From Octopus sinensis (taxonomy: Eukaryota), in the NCBI RefSeq assembly GCF_006345805.1, contig NC_043004.1:2604001-2668000 (forward strand): 64,000 nucleotides of DNA. The letters run 5' to 3'. The position numbers and the translations under genes are program-made. The notes under the pieces were generated by a model. It was given only the letters and a program-made list of their open reading frames with translations. It had not been told where the DNA came from and did no database searches. Below are positions 41,790 to 53,980 of this stretch, one piece after another. Position 1 is the first letter of the stretch. Each line of letters begins with the position of its first letter.

Positions 41790-42800
41790 GTGTCCTCGAT
41801 GACTGTGTTGCGGTGATCGTTAGACGGATGTGCTTCAGCTGAAAGTATTTTTAAAAGTTATACAATTTCTTTTAGAAAATTAGGTTTGAATGGAATAAGT
41901 GTGTCGAAACATTTACTGATAGTGCTGCAGCTATGACAGGGAAAACAACTTGATTTCACGGGCCAGACAAATCTGTAAACAAAACTCCGATCACTTTCAT
42001 GCGTTGCATTATTCATTAAGAGGTTTTGATGGCTAGAAAAATCTCTATATATCTGAATGCATTGTTACAACATAGAGTTAAGATCATCATCTTTCTTAGA
42101 CATCATGTACTAAATAGTCACCTCTTCTTAAATTGAACAAGAATGCGTTGGATCTCAAATGAACAACGTTTGTTATGACTATCAGAATTTAAGACCTTCT
42201 CTTAAATCCAGGTTTGGATAATTGTTTCATAAAGATTCGTTATGGAAATTGTACCATTTGTCGGATGTTTATGGAAAATTGAATCATCTTAATATATCTC
42301 TACAAGGAGAGAACACCAATATCTTCTACGTAAATCTAAAAATCACGATTTTACAAAATAAATTCAAATATGGAAATTCAAAATAGAAAATGGTGAAATA
42401 GAAATGTTTTCATATAAAAATGGTTACATATTTGATAATTCATTGAATATTGGATTTGATCAAGAAACTAATTATTGATTATTTGGAGTCTAGAAAGCAA
42501 TTCCCAGAAATATTTTTGCCAGAACTAAAGAAGAGCCAAATTGATTAGCTCCAAACTCCATTCTTAGAGTAAATAGATGAGAGTGTAAAATAACTATCGC
42601 TAAAAGTTCAGGAAGAACATATAGAAGATCCCAACGGTACACCTTTTAGCACTGAATATTCTACGAACAGTTTAAACATTTTATGACATGGAGTTTGTTT
42701 TTAATTTCTATTGTTGAAACAATTCCTTTCGTCAATGGATTTTTGCAAATCAGTATTTTCGGTGTTAACTGGAATTAAAACAAAACATTGAAATTACTTT
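41790..42800 (+). pseudogene. Decayed hAT (Buster/Charlie, ZBED5/ZBED8-like) transposase
   Basis: Hand translation gives FEWNKCVETFTDSAAAMTGK (catalytic D), RCIIH*EVLMARK (CxxH), LYHLSDVYGKLNHLNISLQGENTNIF and FCKSVFSVLTGIKTK (dimerisation region), with stops and frameshifts. Confidence 0.85.
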
Positions 42801-43065
42801 GAGCCCAACAAGAACAAATATTAAATCAATTTTTGGTTTGTTGTGCAAAAAAGGAAACAAATATGTCCTTCTAACTAAGCTTACTTCTTTCACGTTTTAA
42901 CAAATTTGTATTTAAAAATTCTTTAATGTTAGTTTTTTTATTGTTTTTGAAGAACATGACTGCTGCGATGAATTTTGGCACATTCTCTGTAATGTTCTTT
43001 AACGATAATTTCGAAATTGATTTTTCTTTGAATAAATGTTTATTCTGAAAATTATCTTTTCTGTG

Positions 43066-43437
43066 GAGACACAATGGCCCAGTAGTTAGGGCAGAGGAAT
43101 CACGGTCGTAGGATCGCTGTTTCGATTCACAAACTGGCATTGTGAGTGTTTATTGAGCGAAAACACATAAAGCTTCACGAGGCTCCCGCAGGGGATGGTG
43201 GCGACCCCCGCTGTACTCTTTCACCACAACTTTCACTCTTTCTTCCTGTTTCTGTTGTACCTGTATTTCAAAGGGCCAAACTTATCACACTCTGTGTCAT
43301 ACTGAATCTCTCCGAGAACTACATTAAGAGTACACGTAACTGTGGAGTGCTCAGCCACTTGCACATTAATTTCAGGAGCAGGTTGTTCCATTGATCGGAT
43401 CATCTGGAACCCTCGTTGTCGTCAACGACAGAGTACA
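43066..43437 (+). mobile_element. Family-A SINE with tail Y
   Basis: Family-A head and body, then ggttgttccattgatcggatcatctggaaccctcg, shared with 9160-9404. Confidence 0.85.
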
Positions 43438-43789
43438 ATGATTTTCTTTTCTGTTCTTTTTTAAAAAACACTTTCTTTCATTTATTGTTTATTGGATGTC
43501 TCATTCGGGTCTTGCTACTGATTTTTGTTTATTTAATCCTTCTCCGAAAAAGTATTATTTAATTGGGCAAAAGAAAAACTATGCATTTTACTTTTGTTAT
43601 TTAAATGAGAAGAGGTCCATTTAATTCAATGTCGTCCATTTCTTAAATCACAAAAATATATACAATTTAGTTTCCCTGGAAGAATAATTGATATGTAGTT
43701 TAACCGTTTGTCTATCGAAAGCAATGTTTTTTTCTAAGAATCCTTGCCTATTGTTAGATGTACAGTTACTCTTGTTTCATATGTTCTGA

Positions 43790-43833
<44 letters not shown>

Positions 43834-44992
43834 ATATAATAATAATAATATATAATAATAATATATAATAATAATAATCAATAATAGTAATATAATAATA
43901 ATAAAGGGTGAATTTATTTTAAATTAATTAATTAATCAATCACTTAATTAATAATTTCACTAAGTAGATCGGTACGTTAAAAAATAACCTTTATAGTTAA
44001 AATTATACAAATATTATAAACATAATTATAATTGCCTTCACCACATACCGAATTTAGAAATAGGAGTTAAAATTCCTTTTCTGCTACTATAAGAATCTCC
44101 ATGGCAGTAACATACATTTTTACGAAGGCAAAGAGAAAAACAATGAATCAACACGACCAGGATTAACTATATATGCGTTTCGAGATTAAAGTGATTTAAA
44201 TTTTACTTACTTCTCTCTTCAGTATAGTATTTCCAATTATACAATTTTTAAGTGCTAGGGCTAAATATGCACACAATCGAGCGACATTATGTAACAGATA
44301 TCCAACCAACACTTCCAAAATTTACAGAGCCGAATGTGAATACACTATTCATACTCAGTATTCTATCATGGAGTAAATTATTATTGGTATAAATGTGAAT
44401 TGGATATAGAAGCTGGAGCTTTCGTAACAGGTGTCCGTAGTAATCCTCTTTCTCTTTGATTTTCAAAGAGATATTCATGACAGCTGACTGCTATGATGGT
44501 ACATACTTTCTCTTGTCTGTCTCAGACAACAATATTCAGACTGATATATTTGCACTTGACTGAAGTGTTGGTGGGAATGTTCCACGAATAATTCTTGCAT
44601 TCTATTTACATATGTATTCAACAGCCGGACGATTCTTTATATTTAACTAAAGAGAGTCTTTTCGTCTTTTTTAGATCGCATTTTATATTATGTTTGCGAC
44701 AACGTAATGAAGCGTTAGAAAGAGTACCCCGATGGCACTTCTGGGTATCTGCTGATGTCTTTCACAGAAATGTAACATAACCGACATCGACTCATTTCTT
44801 TATTTTGCTTATTATATCCATGCACAATCCTTTCTTGGTATGCTGAGCGTTTCGCTTCCAGGTCTTCTTTAATATCTGTTCATCGAGCTCCATTTTTATG
44901 GTAGGTCTTCAGCAAGAGCGCTTCCAGAGGAACTTACTAATGACCGATATGTAGGATGGTCTTTACTTCACTTTTCAAACGTAGGTTAATGT

Positions 44993-45198
44993 ACAGTTCT
45001 ATATTTAAGAGATGAGGAATTAAGTGCATTAATTACATTTGACGGATATTTGTTCTCATCTTGTTTATTGTTAACACAACGTTTCCGCTGATATACCTTC
45101 CAGCCTTCATCATCCAGCGGGCATATGGCGTAGTCGTTAAGAGCGCGGGCTACTAACCCTAAGATTTCAAGTTCGATTCCAAGCAGTGACCTACATAC

Positions 45199-45236
<38 letters not shown>

Positions 45237-45330
45237 TAATAATAATAAAATAATAATAATATAATAATAATATAAATAATAATAAAATAATAATAATATA
45301 ATAATAATAATAAAAATAATAATAATAATA

Positions 45331-45375
<45 letters not shown>

Positions 45376-45559
45376 CAACAACAACAATATCGAAAAATAC
45401 CTTAGAAATGGGAACCCAGGTTCGAAATTTCCCCAAGACACCTAATGAAGGCTGCAGGTTTTATCAGCCGAAAAGTTGTGTTAACAACAAACAATAATAT
45501 CCGTCAAATGTAAATAATGTAAATAATGTACATAATTCCTCATCTCTTAAATATAGAAC
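44993..45559 (+). mobile_element. Full H1 element (45114-45559) preceded by an inverted copy of its own 3' tail (44993-45112)
   Basis: A box TGGCGTAGTCG, B box GTTCGATTCC, (TAA)n, and a mutated hammerhead at 45437-45482. The ends read acagttctatatttaagagatgagg / cctcatctcttaaatatagaac. Confidence 0.9.
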
Positions 45560-46019
45560 GGGAAGTGATATGTACATTAATGAGCTCAGCTGACCGTTGA
45601 TTATTCTAATGCTAAAGGGAATTTTCAATCACCTATAGAGTTTGTATGTTCATTTACATGTATATGCATTAATCCATACAAATATATGTATTTATATATG
45701 TACAGGCATTATATATGTACAGGCATTTATATATGTAAATAGATATATGTGTGAGCATATATGTTCATAGATATACATGTGTATATTCCTTTGTCCTTAT
45801 TTTTGTATGTGCTGTCAGAGGGAGGCTACACCATATTCGGAGGCTCTCTTCACTGATATCAAACCACCTCTACCTCACTTATCTCTCCTTCAGTAGAATC
45901 TATCGCGAAACGTTACACCACCTTCCTTCCCTTCCCTGAGCGTCTGCTAATGCTTTACATGTACCACGTCCTCGCGTTGTTTTTTTTGTGTCTTTTCTTC
46001 GTTTATTTTGGGTGGGGTA

Positions 46020-46106
<87 letters not shown>

Positions 46107-46304
46107 TAGTATATTAAAATATATTAAATACATTATAATACAGGTGGCCCGTTAGCAATTAAAACCTAAAGGCAAGTTAATACACAAGGGTACAAATTTG
46201 TACTACCATTGCTAGAAATATGAGTAAAAAAACGACTCGAATAGCTACACAAAGCAGTAACATCATGAATTGACGTAAAGCAAGTGAGAGTATATATATA
46301 TATA

Positions 46305-46424
46305 TATGGAAAATTCAGAAAAAAAAAGACGAAGACAGGTGGTGTATTAGTATAACGCTCGGGAAGTGAAATAGTCTTTTACGTTTCGAGCCTACGCTCT
46401 TCAACAGAAAGGAACACATAAAGA

Positions 46425-46430
<6 letters not shown>
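46305..46430 (-). mobile_element. H5 element 3' end with hammerhead-like motif (46376-46412)
   Basis: CTTT-CTGTTGA-A-GAGC(GTAG)GCTC-GAAAC-GTA-AAAG: stems intact, A6->U in the core. Confidence 0.55.
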
Positions 46431-46461
<31 letters not shown>

Positions 46462-48189
46462 TGTGTGTGTGTATGTATGCATTATGTATGTATGTATGTA
46501 TTCATGTATGTATGTATGTTTGTTTATATGTATTTTATACCTGTATTCGTTTGCGTTATTTATAAAGGTCTGTCAAATAAAAACCACAAGTATTACATAT
46601 TCATCCGGAAAGTAAGATATCGCAGTCAAGCATACACATTGCTGTGTAACTACACATGCACACACACACACTCACACAGTGTTGGAATCTGAGAGTTATA
46701 TTGAAAGACATGAAGTAATAACAACAAACAGTTTCTCTCTTTTTTTCCCTCTCTCTCCCTCTGAGCCTGATTCCGTGTGTAATGTATAATTTGACGAGAA
46801 TAGTTTTGCATACATGTGAATAAAAACTAAGAAATATACAAAAATTGAAATAACACCTCTATTTTTTTTTCTTTATTGAAACGAATGAAGTGAAAATTGT
46901 AAATTTGATTCGGTTAGATCCAAAATTTATTGATTCAAGTGGAATTTCAAAAATGCTTATAGTAACAGTTTCTATGCGAATCAGCGAAAGGAATCCAGAT
47001 TTTAGCGGCTTTTGCTCCGAATTTGCATTAAACATTCAAACGCTAATGAAAATGCATGTAACCATTACAAACACGTTTGTAAGTAGCTGAAGCGGGTTTT
47101 TTTCCCTACAAGGGGGATGCTATGGAATAAAGGGGACATGGTGTCTACTGATAGAAGCTTATGATCACTATATATTTTTCAAATAATGTTTAATTTACTG
47201 GCTTTCTAAAATTTGTTACGCCTATGTCTACACTATATAATCAAATCCCCAAAGCCAGACGCTGCGTATTAAAAGCATTTTTAAAGCACCCCCCCCCACC
47301 CCATTTTACCTTTTATTTAGAAAGTATCATTTTAACATCGCTGTTTTGTATCAATCTAAACATTGAATTACGTATGTCTGATAAGTGGCAAATCAAAATG
47401 GTCGAGTTGTAGACACAAATTGTAAATGGATTTATTATTTGTTAAATAAGAATAAAATAAACAATGACATAATGCAAATGTCTTACAGGAAGCTTTTTAC
47501 ACTCGTACACTCACAATTTGACATGTATATACGCTGATATTATATACATTTCTAACTTTGACACAATGACATACATTTGCAGTGAAGGGATACAGTTGAG
47601 TTTATTGGCGCCTTGAAATAAGGGATTAAGTCAACTCCAGCAGAATTTGAACGAATTATGTCTTAACGTATGTTAGTCATATTAAATTTACTATAATTGT
47701 GAGCAACAAGCGGAGCTTAACAGTCGAACAAATAGGGCGTCGAACAAATATAATTTTTTTTATTTGATTACAGCACTTTACGTTCTTCGTTCCAACCCTA
47801 CCAAATTAAATTTCACTTCCATCTTCAGAGTTACAAAAAAATATATGTATATTTAGTTGATAAATGTAGCTGGCTCGGTATGGTTGAATAAAACTCCAAC
47901 GTGGAGGCCGCAGCCCATTCACCGAAGAGTATAAAAGAATTTTAAAATGGTGAAGAGTGTCAAAAGGTAAAGCACGAGTGTATATTACCTTCGTGATCAA
48001 TTCCCCTGCCTGCTGTATTTGGAACGCTTCTGTAACATTCTAGAGTAGTAAATGCTGCTAGCCCCTACGTTAGCTCCCTTAGTTCTGTGGAGAAATGGAA
48101 TGCTATAAGCAGTCCCACAGAACCCACTCCTAGTATAGCTTAGCCAATTATAATAGAAAGAAATAAAGAATACCAGATTCTTTTCTACT

Positions 48190-48366
48190 TTTCTACTAAA
48201 GGCCGGAAATTTGGGGGGAGGGGGCCAGTCGATTAGATCAACCCCAGTATGCAACTAGTACTTAATTTATCGACCCCGAAATGATGAAAGGCAAAATCGA
48301 CCTCGGCGGAATTTGAACGTAAAGACAGAAATACCGCTAAGCATTTCACCCAGCGTGCTAACGTCT
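48190..48366 (-). mobile_element. Family-B SINE monomer
   Basis: Meta core and head. Confidence 0.85.
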
Positions 48367-48571
48367 CACCAGTCACAGCCTTAGAAAGGATACAAGATTG
48401 ACTCCATTATACTAAATTGATATAAATTTATCAACCTCAAAAGGTTGAAAGGAAAATTTGACCTCTGTGAAATTTCAACTCACAACACAAATAAACATCG
48501 AACTATTTGCCCGACGCTCAAGCGACATATTCATGGGGTCAATAAAAAGTAATACAATATATACACATCCC

Positions 48572-48978
48572 AAGGCGGTGAGCTGGCAGAAACGTTAGCA
48601 CGCCGGGCGAAATGCGTAGCCGTATTTCGTCTGCCGTTACGTTCTGAGTTCAAATTCCGCCGAAGTCGACTTTGCCTTTCATCCTTTCGGGGTCGATGAA
48701 TTAAGTACCATTTACGCACTGGGGTCGATGAAATCGACTTAATCCGTTTGTCTGTCCTAGTTTGTCCCCTCTGTGTTTAGCTTCTTGTGGATAGTAAAGA
48801 AATAGGTATTTCGTCTGTCTTTACGTTCTGATTTCCAAATCCACCGAGGTCGACTTTGTCTTTCATCCTTTCGGGGTCGATAAATTAAGTACCAGTTGCG
48901 TACTGGAGTCGATCTAATCGACTGGTCTCCTCATCAAAACCAAAAAAATTGGGACCTTGTGCCTAGAGTAGAGAAGAG
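48572..48978 (+). mobile_element. Family-B SINE dimer
   Basis: Junction aaagaaata|ggtatttcgtc at 48804/48805. Confidence 0.9.
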
Positions 48979-49280
48979 CATATAGATATCCCTCCCACAT
49001 CCAAAACCTTTCATTTGTCAAACTGATTCCATATTCAAAACCATTGTGTTTACCCTTAAAGTAAGTATTCATTAACATCCGTTTCTCTTTTGAATATCAT
49101 TTTTGCTTGGTCGAATTTCCCTTTTATCCTTTTGGCGTCCATAAGACAAGTAACAAGCAATCTGTGTGGCAATTGAACCTACTCTGCGCTTCTTTAAAAT
49201 ATTTTGACTTAGTAGTGTTTACGTTAGAAAATATATTTTCCCGAGGTATTAAATATTTAATCAAAAGTATTTATGGTAAT

Positions 49281-49586
49281 GTGGAGGCACATGGCCTAGT
49301 GGATAGAGCAGTGTGCTCGTGTTCGACGGATCGCGCGTTCGAATCTCGGACCGGGCGATGTTTGTGTTTATGAGCGAAACACCTAATCTCCATGCCACTC
49401 CAGCAGAAGGTAATTGCGAACTTCTGCTGACTCTTTCGCCACAATTTTCTCTCACTGTTTCCGCCTGCATATTGCAGCTCACCAGCGACGGACCGATGTC
49501 CCGTCTAGGTGGGGAACCTATACACCAATGATACCCGGAAGCCAGCCTCTATGGACTAGGGGTGGCTCGACAAGGAACAAACAACA
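49281..49586 (+). mobile_element. Family-A-related SINE with tail W
   Basis: ggaggcacatggcctagtgg head; gcgacggaccgatgtcccgtctagg tail, related to 56327-56505. Confidence 0.7.
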
Positions 49587-49683
49587 CTTATAGCAATGCG
49601 ATTTTAGAATTATCTTTCATTGCCGAGTTTCATATTTCTGGACACGCATTTTCGTTTTTAGGCTCTCATTTTCGTTTTTAGGC

Positions 49684-49831
49684 TCTGAGTTCAAATTCCA
49701 CCGAGGTCGATTTTGCCTTTCCTCCTTTCGGGGTCGGTAAAATAAGTACCAGTTGAACACTGGGGTCGATGGATTCGACTTGTTCCTCACCTCCTAAAAA
49801 TTGCTGGCATTGTGCCAAAGTTTGAAACAAT
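49684..49831 (+). mobile_element. 5'-truncated family-B SINE
   Basis: B box, Meta core, tail 1. Confidence 0.85.
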
Positions 49832-50764
49832 TATTGTAATTGGTTTCCTACAGTAATGGAACGGCAGCAATTTGTGGGTATTACAATTATTAACTATATC
49901 AGCACCATTAGATAACTGGTACCTACTTTATCGATTCCACTAGAAATTGAATTCTAAATTAATTCGGAAGAAAATGTTAAGCTTCTGGCAGCACCAACGC
50001 CACCACTACCACCAACACGTCCATTATAATAATGTATTTTTCCAACAGCGACACAAAGTCAATGTGGGAAGAAGAAAATACTGTTGATAAAATTGTTCCA
50101 CTTAATTTATTAGACTTTCGAAATTAAAAAGGAACCGGCATAGAAAGGGAGGTAACTAAATAGATTACTTGATATTTTCCGGAACGAAAATACTTTGATG
50201 TTTACAGATCAAAATATTATTCTGGTGTTTAACGATCAAAGTACTTTAATGCATTAACGATCAAATGTTTCGATGCTTACTGCAAAAATCTGTGGCAGTA
50301 AATCGTTGATGGCAGTATTTTCAGAAGGTTGCACATCGGGAGAAGGAAAAGGCGAAATGTATTAGGAGACTTTGCCGATAAAGGAAACTCACGCAGACAC
50401 CAGGTTTTCTATTGACATTTATGTCATTGCTGATGTTTTGCTGTGAACGTCTGTTTGTTGTTTATCGAAACTCTTTCTGAGGCAATTGAGAATCTGCAAC
50501 AGAATGACTGAGAGAGGAGTGCTTCGTTCAGAGCATAGGAAATGATACACGGCAAGAGTATTAAATGGCCGGACTAGAGTAGATTTGAAGGGTTTATCAG
50601 GTAAGAGGGGCTGGAATGAAGAAGTCTATAAAGTACCGATAGAAAAGACGATGAAAGCAAACTATATAATTGTTAGTAACTATGTAGAATCAGAGTGAAT
50701 ACTAATTACTGATCAAATTACAAATGTCGAATGCATTAGGGATTTACGAAACCTGAAAAGCCAG

Positions 50765-50925
50765 CAACGCTTCACAACCGGAGTTGATGTGCTTAAGTCC
50801 CCGTAACTTAACAGTTCGGCAAAAGAGCCCGAAAGAATAAGTACTATGATTTAAAAATAAGTCTTGGTGGTGCTCCAGCATGGTCACATTCAAATAACTG
50901 AGACAAGTAAATGAATAAATAAATA
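50765..50925 (+). mobile_element. 3' fragment of a family-C SINE
   Basis: ccccgtaacttaacagttcggcaaaagag...ggtgctccagcatggtc. Confidence 0.75.
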
Positions 50926-50938
50926 ACTTCAAAGTAAG

Positions 50939-51535
50939 ATTGGCTTCAAATTTTGGTACAAGGCCACTGATTTCGGGGGCGAGGGTAAGATTATCACATC
51001 GAACACTATGTGCAACCCCGAAAGGATAAGTCAACCCGGCGGGTATTTGAACTCAGAACGTACGGTCTGAAGAAATGCCTATTTCTTTACTACCCACAGA
51101 GGGCTAAATACACAGGGGACAAACAAGGACAGACAAACGGATTAAGTCGATTATATCGACCCCAGTACGTAACTGGTACTTATTTAATCGATCCCGAAAG
51201 GATGAAAGGCAAAGTCGACCTCGGTGGAATTTGAACTCAGAACGCAGCGGCAGACGAAATACCTATTTCTTTATTACCCACAAGGGGCTAAACACAGAGG
51301 GGACAAACAAGGACAGACATAGGTATTAAGTCGATTACATCGACCCCAGTGCGTAACTGGTACTTAATTTATCGACCCCGAAAGGATGAAAGGCAAAGTC
51401 GACCTCGGCGGAATTTGAACTCACAACGTAAGCATTTCGCCCGGCGCCCTAACGTTTCTGCCAGCTCGCCGGTCTGAAGAAATGCCGCCAAGCATTTTCC
51501 CGGCGTGGTAATGATCCTGCCAGTTCGCCATCTTT
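50939..51535 (-). mobile_element. Old family-B SINE (13-bp TSD) containing a young B dimer (51080-51469, 17-bp TSD)
   Basis: ACTTCAAAGTAAG at 50926-50938 and 51536-51548; CGGTCTGAAGAAATGCC at 51063-51079 and 51470-51486. Confidence 0.9.
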
Positions 51536-52532
51536 ACTTCAAAGTAAGGCTGAAAGCACTTCATGTCTTCCTGTAAACTACTTACTCCTCGGTGTTAGCC
51601 ATACAATTAAAATAAACTTGTCGGTTTTATTTAAACTTGTTACAAAAAAAAAACATAGAAAAAAAAGTAAGCCAGTATTATTAAGCCAGCGAATTTCAGC
51701 CTATTAAGGGTGTATCTTGCTTGAGAATGTTGGAAGATATTCAGTTGTAGAATAAAGCTCGTTAAGACATTGGTGTCTAGGGAAGAGTTTTAATTAAAAT
51801 TGATTAAATGATGTATCTAGAGAATTGTCTTAATCATAGTATATGGAAGGGACGATTGAAGCAACTCTATGTACAATAATTTCGCTTTCAGGAAGCAAAT
51901 CGCAATTAATTGGAAGGAAAAGAAAGAAGATAAAAATGTCTAAATATAGATAGATTATGACAAATTTATAAAGAAAATTAAATGGAAACAAAATAAAAAG
52001 AAAAGTATGGAAGTGTATTAGACGTATTTTTCGGAATGTTTCTCTGCTGTCATTTAATAGGTGAGAACTATCTATAAAAAAGAATGGAGATAAATTTTCA
52101 CACTTGGAAATTAGATATTTCTATTTAAAACACAGTAAAAGTGAAAGACGTTTCCAAGTAACAATTTAAAGGGCTGGACGCAATAACAAGAAACAACAAA
52201 AGTGTAAATGTTGAAATGAGTCACTTTAGGATGAATAGATTCTGTATTTCTAAGTAAAGGGTTATTGGTTCGAATACGATCACTGTCAAAGTGGTGATTC
52301 GTTGGTGAGGGAATTTAATCACACAATCAATTGCAATTATTTTAGACATATGCATGCATTCGGGAATCCCTCATGAACTAAATGCATTTGAAGAAATGTG
52401 CACTTAACGAGTTTTCAATTAGCCGGCTGTCCTGGGTTCAAATCTCCTGCGAATATAAATGATGATGCACAGGCTGAGTTGATGTATCAAAGCAACTTTG
52501 GCAGTGATGCTCAACAACTTTTGGTCTCAGTT

Positions 52533-52905
52533 TTTTTGGCACAATGTCAGCAACTTCGGAGGAGGAATAAATGAATTACATCGATCCCAGTGATAAACTG
52601 GTGCTTATTTTATCGACACCGAAAGGATGAAATGTAAAGTCGAGCTCGGTGGAATACCTATTTCTTTGCTACCCACAAGGGGCTAAACACGGAGGGGACA
52701 AACAAGGACAGACAAACGGATTAAGTCGATTAGATCGACCCCAGTGCGTAACTGGTACTTAATTTATCGACTCCGAAAGGATGAAAGGCAAAGTCGACCT
52801 CGGCGGAATTTGAACTCAGAACGTAGCGGCAGACGAAATACCGCTAAGCATTTCGCCCGGCGTGCTAACGTTTCTGCCAGCTCACCGCCTTCTCGGTGGA
52901 ATACC
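52533..52905 (-). mobile_element. Young full-length tail-2 B SINE (52659-52891) inserted in an older B copy with a 14-bp TSD
   Basis: CTCGGTGGAATACC at 52645-52658 and 52892-52905. Confidence 0.9.
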
Positions 52906-53575
52906 AGTCTCGAATAATATCAATGAAATATACCGTGTCGTAGAATACGTCTTTATGCAGTGAATAATCTGTAAAAGAAAGAATGGTTCTGTTGAATTGC
53001 GGAAACAATCAACAGTCATGCAGTTCTGTTAAGCTCAACAGTAATAATTTACAGCGAAATCTCTTTACAGAATCTCTTTACAGTAGTAAGAAGTTTTTGG
53101 TATTAAAAAAATGCTGCAACAATTGCATAAGGAAAACCTTTAGATTTAGAGGTCGTAGACAGATGCCTTATCTGTTTGTTTCGTTTTGAATGGTATTCAT
53201 TTCTCCTTAACTCTTTTTCCAATTCCTAGCATACTCCCAGTTCCTTTATTTTGCACTGATATTCTTAGACCAAATCTCTTTCTGCTAAGGACTTCGGTCT
53301 TCCCTTTCTCCAGTCCCCTTCTTTGCATTTTCTTAATACCATTCTTCCAATTTCGATTATTCTCTCATTCACTTTTCTACACGGACGAACCAAAAGGGCT
53401 AGAAACGTTTTATTCTCCTAACAATAATTACCCTTCTCGAACACTCATATAAACCTTTCTCCGTTTCGGATTTTACACTGCAATATCTGATGAATATGGA
53501 CAATTTTGACTTTAATACTGAATGTCACCTAAAATATATCTACTACCTGGTAATTAAGTGTCAGAGAAGGAATTG

Positions 53576-53980
53576 TTCATTATTTACATTGTCCTCATCT
53601 TGTTTGTTGTTAGCACAACGTTTCGGTTGATATACCCTCCAGCCTTCGTCAGGTGTCTTGAGGGAGTTTCGAACCTGGGTTCTCATTCCTAAGGTATATT
53701 TTAATGTTATTATTATTATTCAGATCACTGCCTGGAATCAAACTAGGAATCTTGGGGTTAGTAGCCTGCACTCTTAACAAACTACGCCATATGCTCGTGG
53801 CAATTATGGAGTGAATTTTAGGGCTTATTAATCAAATATTTTCCTATCCTTCCATAACACCGGTTCCCATATGCTATTCATATCTGAACTCGGTCTGCTT
53901 AGGAAATTGTTGTGTCCTAGCATATGTGCTGCTTCTTTTAGTTTTCGTATTTTCCAGTGGTGTTCTCTGTCTATTATTTT
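53576..53980 (-). mobile_element. 5'-truncated Penelope-like element: GIY-YIG C-terminus, tRNA-like head, (TAA)n, hammerhead tail
   Basis: ORF tail at 53828-53980, head starting at ~53801, hammerhead at 53612-53657 (CTGACGA core). Flanked by a 9-bp direct repeat AAGGAATTG (53567-53575, 53981-53989). Confidence 0.8.
53828..53980 (-). CDS. C-terminal 50 aa of a Penelope-like GIY-YIG endonuclease (fragment, no start codon)
   Basis: Open frame KIIDREHHWKIRKLKEAAHMLGHNNFLSRPSSDMNSIWEPVLWKDRKIFD** resembles the PLE endonuclease end KILxxExxWxxRKxKEAxHI...LNR...IWxPLL. Too short for the ORF track. Confidence 0.75.
   Translation of the reverse strand, partial: KIIDREHHWKIRKLKEAAHMLGHNNFLSRPSSDMNSIWEPVLWKDRKIFD

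Noticed and set aside
45114-45192. tRNA gene call for the H1 (and family A/B/C) heads
   Set aside because: Acceptor and T stems do not pair properly; these are repeat-embedded tRNA-derived promoters, not functional tRNAs.
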